Assembly: GCA_946611235.1 (NCBI GenBank)
Contig: CAMODE010000035.1
Coordinates: forward strand, 77-64,076
Reading direction: 5' to 3'
Origin: an uncultured Bacillales bacterium
GTDB lineage: Bacteria; Bacillota_I; Bacilli_A; RF39; UBA660
DNA: 64,000 nt
Positions 28,467-37,066 of this stretch are shown piece by piece; the stretch's first letter is position 1; every line of letters starts with the position of its first letter. The notes below the pieces were generated by a model, which was not told the DNA's origin, searched no databases, and saw only the letters and a list, made by a program, of their open reading frames with translations. Position numbers and translations under genes: made by a program.

Positions 28467-29205
28467 ATGGTAAAAATAGTTTTACTTCTATAAAATCTGT
28501 TGATGGTGATATATCAATATTTTTATTAAGATTTAGTTCATATTGATGATGAAGATAATTAGCCATCATATCTGCTGCTTGAATTCCATGATTATGTTTT
28601 GAGTTATAGTGGACTACTTCTACAGTTAATTTGCTTTTTAATATTGGATTTCTTATTACTGAATAATCAAAATTAGATATACCATTAACTAGCTCTTCAT
28701 ATATACTTTCTTTTAAATTATAATATCCATTGGATTTAGTAGAGTCCTGATCTATTTTAATATATAATTCTAATTCTTTTGTAGGATCAATTTTATTTGT
28801 TTTAATTGAATATAATACTATTTCTTTTATAATTCTTTTTTGTGAATAATCTATAAACCTACCACGAGAAGCTTTACTTTCCATTATCTTTGCATATACT
28901 CTTTGGTTATCAATGAAAACACCAAAGTTATTTTCTTTTTTTATTAAATTATATATCCATCTTCGATGACTACTACTTAATCTTGTAGTCCCTTTTATCT
29001 CAATACATTTTTTATTACATTTAGTTATATCATTTTTACAATACTTACATTTTATTTTATTTATTAATCCTCTATATTTATTAATAAAGTTATTTATTTC
29101 ATTTGCACTATAGAAAAATAATCCACCATAGATACAAGAAGTCTCATTATTATTTAATTTTCCTGAATCATCCATATAAATATATAGTTCTTGTTTACTA
29201 CTCAT
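28465..29205 (-). CDS. DUF3800 family protein
   Basis: N-terminal LYIYMDDSGK (DESG-type motif) and C-terminal IQAADMMANYL, both typical of DUF3800. Confidence 0.65.
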   Translation of the reverse strand: MSSKQELYIYMDDSGKLNNNETSCIYGGLFFYSANEINNFINKYRGLINKIKCKYCKNDITKCNKKCIEIKGTTRLSSSHRRWIYNLIKKENNFGVFIDNQRVYAKIMESKASRGRFIDYSQKRIIKEIVLYSIKTNKIDPTKELELYIKIDQDSTKSNGYYNLKESIYEELVNGISNFDYSVIRNPILKSKLTVEVVHYNSKHNHGIQAADMMANYLHHQYELNLNKNIDISPSTDFIEVKLFLP

Positions 29206-29378
29206 TACTTAACTCCTTTCCATTTTAATTATTTAACGTTTATACTATCACATAATCAAGATGAAGTCTATATATGTTTACACTTTATTTGAAAGAAATG
29301 CATGATAAGAATATACTTGTTATATTATAAGTATTTATAACTATTATATATAAGGGAATATAGTTATAAATATTTGTA

Positions 29379-29407
29379 TTTTCTACTTTACAGTGTAAAG
29401 TAGAAAT
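29379..29407. promoter_or_regulatory. perfect 14-bp inverted repeat (ATTTCTACTTTACA-g-TGTAAAGTAGAAAT), putative operator
   Basis: Read directly. No U-tract on either strand. Lies in the divergent region between DUF3800 and rnj. Confidence 0.5.
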
Positions 29408-29437
29408 GTCATGCCATAAAATATTAGAAATAGACAT

Positions 29438-29466
29438 TTGCATTTTTTATTATTTTGTAGTATAAT
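29438..29466 (+). promoter_or_regulatory. sigma-A-type promoter of rnj
   Basis: TTGCAT, 17 nt, TATAAT, about 90 nt upstream of the ATG. Confidence 0.55.
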
Positions 29467-29555
29467 TTGTCTTGTGTGTTTATTCTTTTAAATTCTAATT
29501 TTTATTTTATTTATGAACGATATTTTAAAATTAATGAAAGGAGAAAAAGAAGAAA

Positions 29556-31229
29556 ATGAATACAAAGATTATTCCTCTAGGAGGAATGGGTGAAGTCGGC
29601 AAAAACATGTATACAGTTATGCATGGTGATGAGATTATTATTGTCGACTGTGGTGTTATGTTTCCAGATGATGAACTTCTTGGAATTGACTATGTAATAC
29701 CTGATTTTGCTTTTCTAAAAGAAAATGAAAGTAAGATTAAAGGTTTATTTATTACGCATGGACATGAAGATCATATAGGTGGTATTCCTTTTTTACTACA
29801 GACAGTGAATATTCCTAAGATATATGTACCAGCGAATGCTAAAGAACTTATTGATAAAAAATTAGAAGAAAGAAATATTATTTATAACGATATGGTCATT
29901 TATAATGAAGATATGGTTGTTAAGACTAAATACTTTAAGATTGAATTTTTTAGAACGACACACTCTATACCTGATTCTCATGGCTTTGCTATTGATACTC
30001 CTGACGGTACGATTGTTATGACCGGAGACTTTAAGTTTGATTTAACGCCAATTGGACCTATGGCTAATTTACATAAGATGGCTAGAATTGGTGAAAAGGG
30101 AGTTAGCGTTCTTATGAGTGACTCGACGAATGCTCTATCTCCTGGGGTATCACTTAGTGAATCGGTAGTTGATGAGAACTTAGGTGAGATATTTAATTCA
30201 TGTAAGTATAACAGAATTATTCTAGCTACATTTGCTTCGAATGTTTATCGTATTAAGCATATTATCGAGACTTGTAAGAAGAATAATAGGAAGATTGCTC
30301 TATTTGGTAGAAGTATGGAAAATACGGTTGATATTGCTATTAAATGTGGTTATATTAAGGATAAAGATATCGTAGTTACTGCTGAAGAGGCTAATCGTAT
30401 GAAACCTAGTGAAGTATGTCTTTTATGTACTGGTAGTCAGGGAGAACCACTAGCGGCATTATCTAGAATTGCATCTGGAAGTCATAGACAGATTACACTT
30501 ATGCCTAACGATGTTGTTATCTTCTCTTCTAGTCCAATTCCAGGTAATACAGCATCAGTATCGAAAACAATTAATAAGTTATATAAAAAAGGTGTTAAGG
30601 TATTTACTAATGCCGGTAGTGATATCCATTCTTCGGGTCATGCTAATCAAGAAGAACTTAAGTTAATGCTTAGATTATTTAAACCTAAATATTTTGTTCC
30701 TTATCATGGTGAATTTAGAATGCTTAAGATGCATACTGATTTAGGTGTTATGTGTGATGTTCCAAGAGAAAACACTTTTGTACTTGAAAATGGTGATGTT
30801 CTTGATCTTAAGAAAGGTGTTGTTACTCCAGGTGGACACGTTGAGGCAGGAGACGTATATGTTGATGGCTCAAGAATTGGAGAAGTAGGTAGCGCCGTTA
30901 TTAAGGATAGAATTCTTATGAGTACTAATGGTATTTTGGTTATTATTGCTAATATGGATATTACTAATAAGAAATTACTAGGATTACCTGCGATTACGAC
31001 AAGAGGTTATATCTTAGTAAATGAGAATACAGATTTAATTAAAGATATACAGGTTAAGGCTGCGGAAATAATTGAAGGACATCTATCTAATAATACCTTT
31101 AACTTTAATGATATGAAGAATGAAATGATTAATGGGTTAATTCCTATTTTATCGGATAAAACTGGTAGAGTACCTATTATTCTTCCTATCGTTATGGATG
31201 TTAAGTCTGAAAAGATAAGTGCTAGATAA
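29556..31229 (+). CDS. rnj: ribonuclease J
   Basis: Metallo-beta-lactamase/beta-CASP: GGMGEVGKNMY, THGHEDHIGG, 557 aa. Confidence 0.9.
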   Translation: MNTKIIPLGGMGEVGKNMYTVMHGDEIIIVDCGVMFPDDELLGIDYVIPDFAFLKENESKIKGLFITHGHEDHIGGIPFLLQTVNIPKIYVPANAKELIDKKLEERNIIYNDMVIYNEDMVVKTKYFKIEFFRTTHSIPDSHGFAIDTPDGTIVMTGDFKFDLTPIGPMANLHKMARIGEKGVSVLMSDSTNALSPGVSLSESVVDENLGEIFNSCKYNRIILATFASNVYRIKHIIETCKKNNRKIALFGRSMENTVDIAIKCGYIKDKDIVVTAEEANRMKPSEVCLLCTGSQGEPLAALSRIASGSHRQITLMPNDVVIFSSSPIPGNTASVSKTINKLYKKGVKVFTNAGSDIHSSGHANQEELKLMLRLFKPKYFVPYHGEFRMLKMHTDLGVMCDVPRENTFVLENGDVLDLKKGVVTPGGHVEAGDVYVDGSRIGEVGSAVIKDRILMSTNGILVIIANMDITNKKLLGLPAITTRGYILVNENTDLIKDIQVKAAEIIEGHLSNNTFNFNDMKNEMINGLIPILSDKTGRVPIILPIVMDVKSEKISAR

Positions 31230-31230
31230 T

Positions 31231-31270
31231 AAAAAAACTTTATAACTGTTGTTATATAGTTCTTTTTTTT
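31231..31270. terminator. bidirectional rho-independent terminator (rnj and the 31275-31658 gene)
   Basis: A7-actttataac-tgtt-gttatatagt-tcT8. The stem sequence is almost identical to the terminator at 34721-34749. Confidence 0.7.
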
Positions 31271-31274
31271 AAAA

Positions 31275-31658
31275 TTAATTAAATATATCAAATAGATTCA
31301 TCATTTTATTCATAAATTCTTCTTCATCAAAAAAAATATCATTTGGAATTTGGATATTATACTTTTTGTTAAAGTCACTAATAAATTCATCTGTTGGCAT
31401 ATCTTCACTATACCCATTTTTCATGTAATCTTTATATATAACACTTTTTATTTCTTCCTTTAGCTTTATGGCATTATCTTTATGAACATATACTATTCCG
31501 TACATTACGCCATAGTTTATATATATTTCATAATTATTTATATCTTCACAGGAGTATAAATTAACCTCTATTTTATCATCTAAAACTTCGCATATTTCTA
31601 AATATTTGTCTTTCCACTGTCTTTTTTCAAAAGTATCTGTTTTATCAATCCATTTCAT
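31275..31658 (-). CDS. hypothetical small cytoplasmic protein
   Basis: 127-aa ORF with no recognisable motif. Confidence 0.5.
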   Translation of the reverse strand: MKWIDKTDTFEKRQWKDKYLEICEVLDDKIEVNLYSCEDINNYEIYINYGVMYGIVYVHKDNAIKLKEEIKSVIYKDYMKNGYSEDMPTDEFISDFNKKYNIQIPNDIFFDEEEFMNKMMNLFDIFN

Positions 31659-31744
31659 TTACTTGCACCTCTTCCAATAGTTTTATAATTATTCTATACT
31701 AGTTATTGTTAAAAGTAAATAGGTTTATTGTTATTATTGTTTTT

Positions 31745-32215
31745 TTACTCTCTTACTATTAGTATTTGTCCTATACTTAGTAAGTTTGATGATAAGTTAT
31801 TTAACTGTTTTAATTTATCCACAGTAGTGCCAAATTTTCTAGCTATACTGTATAGAGAATCTCTTCTTTGAACAGTATAGGTGTTTGATATCACGTTCCC
31901 AGGAGGAGTATATGATACTTATATATAGTTGGTTATGGTCTCTATGGCAGCCTCTACTAAATCTTGATAATTATTATTTAAGATTCAACATCTTTTTGGC
32001 TATCAATAAAACCATATTCAACAATTAATGGTTCTGTTCTACCAGTATTTAGATGAATAAATTAATAGTCTTTTGATGGATCACTAGGTAATCTCCTTTG
32101 ATAGTATTTTTGACCAGTAATTCCGACATTATTTAAGATGTTTTCAGCTAATGCATCTGAGTTTCTTAGCTCATAGATAACTTCAGCACCTTCTCCTCCT
32201 CGCATAGGTCAAAAT
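31745..32215 (-). pseudogene. decayed, internally deleted copy of the LysM N-acetylmuramoyl-L-alanine amidase gene (one hybrid LysM + C-terminal part of the amidase domain)
   Basis: Nucleotide alignment by eye: 31745-31875 matches 34753-34880, and 31876-32215 matches about 35510-35860. In-frame stop (gactattaAtt vs gactattaCtt). The 5' half of the gene is missing. Confidence 0.8.
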
Positions 32216-32344
32216 GTAACTATTTTAGTTTAATTCTTGAAAGCGTGAAAAATTGTCACGATTTCGACATAATATTTTAAATTCAGCTGGTGACAATTTG
32301 TCACCAACTGATTCATATAATTGCTTTTTTAGTTTAAATAGTGT

Positions 32345-33127
32345 TTATTCATCATTATCAACAAATAATCTTTGCATTAATATTTGTCCATGATAACCAC
32401 CAGTTTCTCCTACTCCTTCTACTAATTCATAATTTTTATTTAATATATCAAATATATTTGTCATTTTATAACATGAGTGTATTTTAAAATTCATTAGATT
32501 AAAAATAAATTTTTCATCTGATAATTCATATACAACACCATCTTCATATTCTAATTTTCCCGTTCCAATATCACTTAAACCTAACAAATCACTAGTGTGA
32601 TCTCTTTTTACAAAATATAAATTCCAGATACCATTATATTTTCTTTCAGTAGCATTGGTAATAAATTTAATAAAATCAAAATTTTCATTAATAATCTCTG
32701 GAACTGATAGAAACTTTGCATAAATTGATTTTATAATTTCGTATTTTGTTTTGGTCTTAAAACCATTTATAATTTTAGATGAACCATCCGCTTTAAAAAA
32801 TTTTAAATATGCCTCATCATATTTACCAAGAAAATGATTGCAGTTTTTACATAAAGTTCTTGCAGTTCGTCCATGTTTATGTGTTGATTCAAATAATTCA
32901 TTATCAAAAATTTTTTCACAAATATCTTTAATATTTTCGCCTTGTTTTAATTTTTGATAAATATCTTCTTTTATACATTTGGAATCAAATATATCAATAA
33001 ATTTGGTTAAATCAAATTTACCTATATCATCATTACCAACACTTTTAGCCGGATAATGCTCTTCACTCATTTCATTATTTGTATACTGCTTATTACATAA
33101 TTTACAAACATATTTATCTTTTCCCAT
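32345..33127 (-). CDS. HNH-type endonuclease family protein
   Basis: CKLC...EEHYPAKSVGN and TLCKNCNHFLG (CxxC / EH / CxxCN beta-beta-alpha-Me pattern). 260 aa. Confidence 0.6.
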   Translation of the reverse strand: MGKDKYVCKLCNKQYTNNEMSEEHYPAKSVGNDDIGKFDLTKFIDIFDSKCIKEDIYQKLKQGENIKDICEKIFDNELFESTHKHGRTARTLCKNCNHFLGKYDEAYLKFFKADGSSKIINGFKTKTKYEIIKSIYAKFLSVPEIINENFDFIKFITNATERKYNGIWNLYFVKRDHTSDLLGLSDIGTGKLEYEDGVVYELSDEKFIFNLMNFKIHSCYKMTNIFDILNKNYELVEGVGETGGYHGQILMQRLFVDNDE

Positions 33128-33148
33128 CTAATACACCTACTACTTAAG

Positions 33149-33189
33149 TCTGCAGTGATTACTGCAGAGCTCTGCAGAATTCTCTGCAG
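33149..33189. promoter_or_regulatory. cluster of four CTGCAG hexamers (spacing 12/10/12 bp) forming nested palindromes, immediately upstream of the HNH gene
   Basis: tCTGCAGtgattaCTGCAGagctCTGCAGaattctCTGCAGc. CTGCAGAGCTCTGCAG is a perfect 16-bp palindrome and TCTGCAGT-gatt-ACTGCAGA is an 8-bp-stem hairpin. Confidence 0.8.
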
Positions 33190-33240
33190 CATATAATTTT
33201 TCCAAACAGTTACACTTTGTAACGGATTAAATACATCATT

Positions 33241-34455
33241 TTAAAAATCTTCATTTAATAGAAAATCAATTAAATTTAGATGGATAATTCCATCCCGTGA
33301 TAAATTTATTTTATCAAGCGAAATAACATATTTCGGATAATTATCTTCAATCGACTTATATGCACCAAATTCCCTTTCAATAGTATTATCATTACCTTTC
33401 ATTTCATAAGTTACTTGTACATATTTAATATTTCCATCCTTTTTTGCTAAAAAATCTACTTCACCATTTTTAGTCTTACCTATATATACTTCATAGTTTC
33501 TATTTATTAATTCATTATAAACAATATTTTCTAAAACAACATAACTTTTAAATTCTGGATTATTATTTTTAATTTGAGCAATTCCTAAATCAGTTGCATA
33601 ATACTTATTTAATGTTTTTAATACTCCTTTACCAGCAATATCATATCTATATACCTTCTTAAGTATTAATGCCTTACACAAAGCATCTATATAATTATAA
33701 AGTGTTTCATTAGATATTTTCTTATTTTCTTTATCTAAATATTTTATAATGCTATCAGCAGAAAATTCTCGACCAGCAGTTTCAATTAAATATTGTAATA
33801 TCATATCAAATAAAATGGTATCTTTTAAATTCAATCTTTTTACAACATCTCTTAATATAATAGAATCATATACACTATGAAGATAATTTTTTATATCTAT
33901 TTCATTTGTAAATTCACATCTATTTGGAAGTCCTCCCCATTTTGCATAGTCCCAAAAAGTATTTAAGTCATTTCCATCTTTTTTTGTTAAAGATACATAT
34001 TCCTTATAAGATAGAGGATTAATGTTAAATAAAACATATCTTCCAGATAAAACAGATGATAATTCATCTGATAGCATTTTACTATTAGATCCTGTTAAAA
34101 ATATACTTATATTTTTTATTGAAGCACGTAGTGAATTAACAACTTTTTCAAAGTTATCTACATTTTGAATTTCATCTAAAAACAAATAATATATTTTATT
34201 ATCTTTAATTCTATCTTTTATATATTTATTTAGTTTTTTATAATCTAATAGTTCTTCAAATTCAATAAATTCAAAATTAATAAATATTATATGTTCTTCA
34301 TCTATTTTCCTTTTTTCTTTTAATTCTTCTATTATTTGATTTAAAATAACTGATTTTCCGCATCTTCTTATACCAACTAATATTTTAATTAAATCTGAAT
34401 CATAAAACCCTCTAATTTTAGATAAATAAACTTCTCTTAAAAGCATATAAATCAC
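33241..34455 (-). CDS. AAA_14 / DUF4143 ATPase (COG1373 type) with C-terminal nuclease-like module
   Basis: Walker A GIRRCGKS, Walker B LFLDEIQ, DUF4143-like middle, C-terminal GEVDFLAKK...YVQV. Confidence 0.75.
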   Translation of the reverse strand: MIYMLLREVYLSKIRGFYDSDLIKILVGIRRCGKSVILNQIIEELKEKRKIDEEHIIFINFEFIEFEELLDYKKLNKYIKDRIKDNKIYYLFLDEIQNVDNFEKVVNSLRASIKNISIFLTGSNSKMLSDELSSVLSGRYVLFNINPLSYKEYVSLTKKDGNDLNTFWDYAKWGGLPNRCEFTNEIDIKNYLHSVYDSIILRDVVKRLNLKDTILFDMILQYLIETAGREFSADSIIKYLDKENKKISNETLYNYIDALCKALILKKVYRYDIAGKGVLKTLNKYYATDLGIAQIKNNNPEFKSYVVLENIVYNELINRNYEVYIGKTKNGEVDFLAKKDGNIKYVQVTYEMKGNDNTIEREFGAYKSIEDNYPKYVISLDKINLSRDGIIHLNLIDFLLNEDF

Positions 34456-34720
34456 CTCTGATTACATTATATATCATTTTTATATTTTTGTAAAGTTATT
34501 ACGTTTAATCGTAATAACTTCTTTGTTTTTAAAACTTATTACATTATTATTATAATGTGTTAAAATTTAAAATATATTATTATAAAAATAATATTTTTAA
34601 TCTTGCTTCTGCTATATGCTGGGCTAGATTTGCCTTAAAATCGATAAGGTTAACTATTGCTCAATTGTATTAATGATTTTATTGCATGCTTTTATATTAA
34701 TTAATTTCAAATTTTATAAG

Positions 34721-34749
34721 AAAAAAAGCTTTATAACAATGTTATAAAG
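34721..34749 (-). terminator. rho-independent terminator of the amidase gene
   Basis: Minus strand: ctttataac-att-gttataaag-cTTTTTTT, directly after the stop. Confidence 0.75.
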
Positions 34750-34752
34750 TAT

Positions 34753-36123
34753 TTATTCTCTCACAATTAATATTTGACCGATATTTAGTAAGTTTGATGA
34801 TAAGTTATTTAACTGTTTTAATTTATCCACAGTTGTGTCAAATTTTCTAGCTATACTGTATAGAGAATCTCCTCTTTCCACAGTATATGTTGTTTCTAAT
34901 GTTTGAAAGGCTGGAATTTTTAATACTTGCCCTATGGATAAAAGATTACTTTCTAAATTGTTTAACTCTCTTATTTCATCAACAGTTGTATTAAATTCTC
35001 TTGCAATACTATATAGAGAGTCTCCTCTTTGTACTGTGTAAGTAATTGTTCCAGATGTTTCTTCCACAGCAGGAAGTTTTAATACTTGACCTACAGATAA
35101 GATATTACTTGTAAGATTATTTACTTCTTTTAGTGCATCAACAGATGTGTTATATTTTGCTGCGATACTATATAGTGAGTCTCCTCTTTGGACTGTGTAA
35201 GTGTCTTCAGGTAATAGATTACTTGGTAGTTTTAGGAGTTCTCCAATCATAAGAGTATTACTTGTTAAGTTATTTAATGCTTTAAGTTCATCCACAGTAG
35301 TGCCCGTATCTTGGGCTATTTTATATAGTGTATCTCCTGCTTTAACAATATAGATATTTTCTTCATCATCAGTAATACTTTCAGTAGGTACTCTTAGTAT
35401 TTGCCCTACGGATAAAGTATTTCCTTCAATATTATTTATTCTTCTTAATTCATCTACTGTTGTACCTAATCTATTAGCAATAGAATATAGGGTATCTCCT
35501 CGTTGAACAGTGTAAGTATTTGATATCATTCCACCTGGAGGAGTATATGGTACTCCGATATAGTTGGTTACTGCTTGCACAACTGCCTCCACTAAATCCC
35601 TATAATTGTTATTTAAAAAGTTTACATCTTTTTGACTATCGATAAAACCATATTCAACAATTAATGGTTCTGTTCTACCAGTATTTCGATGAATAAAGTA
35701 ATAGTCTTTTGATGGATCACTAGGTAGTCTTCTTTGATAGTATTTTCTTGTTGTTTGACCAGTATTACCAATATTATTTAGGATATTCTTAGCTAAAGTA
35801 TCAGGGTTTCTTAGAGCGTAGATAACTTCCGCTCCCTGTCCACCCCCTGAATTGATATGATTCGATATTACGATGACATCATCATTATTACCAAATTTAG
35901 ATAAGATACTACTTACTCTCTCTGTAGGAGATAGTGTTACATCACTATCACGAGTAATGGCTACGGGTACTCCAAGTTCTTTAAATCTATCATACATATA
36001 TTTAGATATTAAAAGAGTGTAATCTTTTTCTAAGGCATTATTTCCTACAGCACCCGAATCTGTTCCACCATGCCCGGGATCGATTACAATCTTTCTTACC
36101 TGTCTATCTTCATTATTATACAT
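34753..36123 (-). CDS. N-acetylmuramoyl-L-alanine amidase (Amidase_3) with five C-terminal LysM repeats
   Basis: KIVIDPGHGGTDSGAVG and five copies of YTVQRGDSLYSIA....T.VDEL..LNNL.SN.L.IGQ.L. Confidence 0.9.
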   Translation of the reverse strand: MYNNEDRQVRKIVIDPGHGGTDSGAVGNNALEKDYTLLISKYMYDRFKELGVPVAITRDSDVTLSPTERVSSILSKFGNNDDVIVISNHINSGGGQGAEVIYALRNPDTLAKNILNNIGNTGQTTRKYYQRRLPSDPSKDYYFIHRNTGRTEPLIVEYGFIDSQKDVNFLNNNYRDLVEAVVQAVTNYIGVPYTPPGGMISNTYTVQRGDTLYSIANRLGTTVDELRRINNIEGNTLSVGQILRVPTESITDDEENIYIVKAGDTLYKIAQDTGTTVDELKALNNLTSNTLMIGELLKLPSNLLPEDTYTVQRGDSLYSIAAKYNTSVDALKEVNNLTSNILSVGQVLKLPAVEETSGTITYTVQRGDSLYSIAREFNTTVDEIRELNNLESNLLSIGQVLKIPAFQTLETTYTVERGDSLYSIARKFDTTVDKLKQLNNLSSNLLNIGQILIVRE

Positions 36124-36174
36124 ATAATCACCTTCGTGATATTATATGTGAATATCTTATTTTGGTTAATTTGT

Positions 36175-37005
36175 TTATTTATTTAAAAATTTATCTATGA
36201 TATTTTTATTTTTTTCCTTTTTAAAGAAACTTAATATATTCTTTTTTTCTTCTTTCTTTTTCTTTTTAAATTCATAGTATGCTCCAGCGCCTATACCTGT
36301 AACTACCAGAAGAGGTATTCCTATTCCTGTATCATCGTTATCATCTTTGCTATCATCTATATAGTTATCATTTGTTTCTTCCTTATTGCGTGTGTTATTG
36401 TTACTTACAATACCTGGATTATCTCTTTTTTGTTCATATTTACATGAATTATCATCTTTTTCTGCTGCTGAATTATAATTAATTGCTGATTTATCAGTAC
36501 AACCCATTATATAGTACTCACAACTACCATTATCTTTTTCGGCATTAGAGTTAAAATTCTTGGCTGATGAATCTGTACATCCTACAATATATGATATACA
36601 TGAGCCATCATCTTGCTCTGCGGTTTCATCGTAGTTTTTGGCATTTATATCTGTACATCCCTTTTTATAATATATACATGAAGAATCGCTTTTATCAGCA
36701 TTTGGATCATAATTTTTAGCATTAGGATCAGTACATCCCTCTGTATAATATGTACATGAACCATCATTTGTATTAGCATTTGAATTATAATTCTTGGCAC
36801 TACTATCAGTGCATCCATAAATAGCAGACGGGGTACAAGTACAGGTTTTACTTAATGTACCATCAGCGCAAATTGATTTTCCGTTAGCAGCGCATCCTAC
36901 TTCACCACCATGATTTGAACAGCATCCTCTACCAGCGTATATGTTTATTGGCATAATAATTAATAATACCAAAGCAAAAATAATATACTTAACCTTTTTA
37001 TTCAT
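36175..37005 (-). CDS. secreted, C-terminally membrane-anchored Cys-rich repeat protein
   Basis: Signal peptide and a GRGCCSNHGGEVGC motif. Five tandem about 26-aa GCTDxxAKNY(N/D)xxAxxxDGSCxYY repeats. Acidic spacer, TM (GIGIPLLVVTGIGAGAYY), Lys-rich tail. Confidence 0.55.
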   Translation of the reverse strand: MNKKVKYIIFALVLLIIMPINIYAGRGCCSNHGGEVGCAANGKSICADGTLSKTCTCTPSAIYGCTDSSAKNYNSNANTNDGSCTYYTEGCTDPNAKNYDPNADKSDSSCIYYKKGCTDINAKNYDETAEQDDGSCISYIVGCTDSSAKNFNSNAEKDNGSCEYYIMGCTDKSAINYNSAAEKDDNSCKYEQKRDNPGIVSNNNTRNKEETNDNYIDDSKDDNDDTGIGIPLLVVTGIGAGAYYEFKKKKKEEKKNILSFFKKEKNKNIIDKFLNK

Positions 37006-37066
37006 TTCACTACCTCTTTTATATTATAATTCTATTATAGCACATTTCTAATAATATTTATCATTA

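Noticed and set aside
28465-29205. Retron (DUF3800 is a retron effector family)
   Set aside because: There is no reverse transcriptase ORF anywhere in the 64 kb. The adjacent structured RNA candidate is on the opposite strand and shows no obvious a1/a2 flanking repeats or msd-like long hairpin. It is kept only as a DUF3800 context note.
33141-33200. Cloning-vector polylinker contamination (CTTAAG, CTGCAG x4, GAGCTC, GAATTC within 50 bp)
   Set aside because: The flanks are continuous native-looking AT-rich coding sequence with matching codon style. CTGCAG is repeated four times with helical periodicity, which no polylinker I know has. A native palindromic array is more likely, but this could be checked against UniVec.
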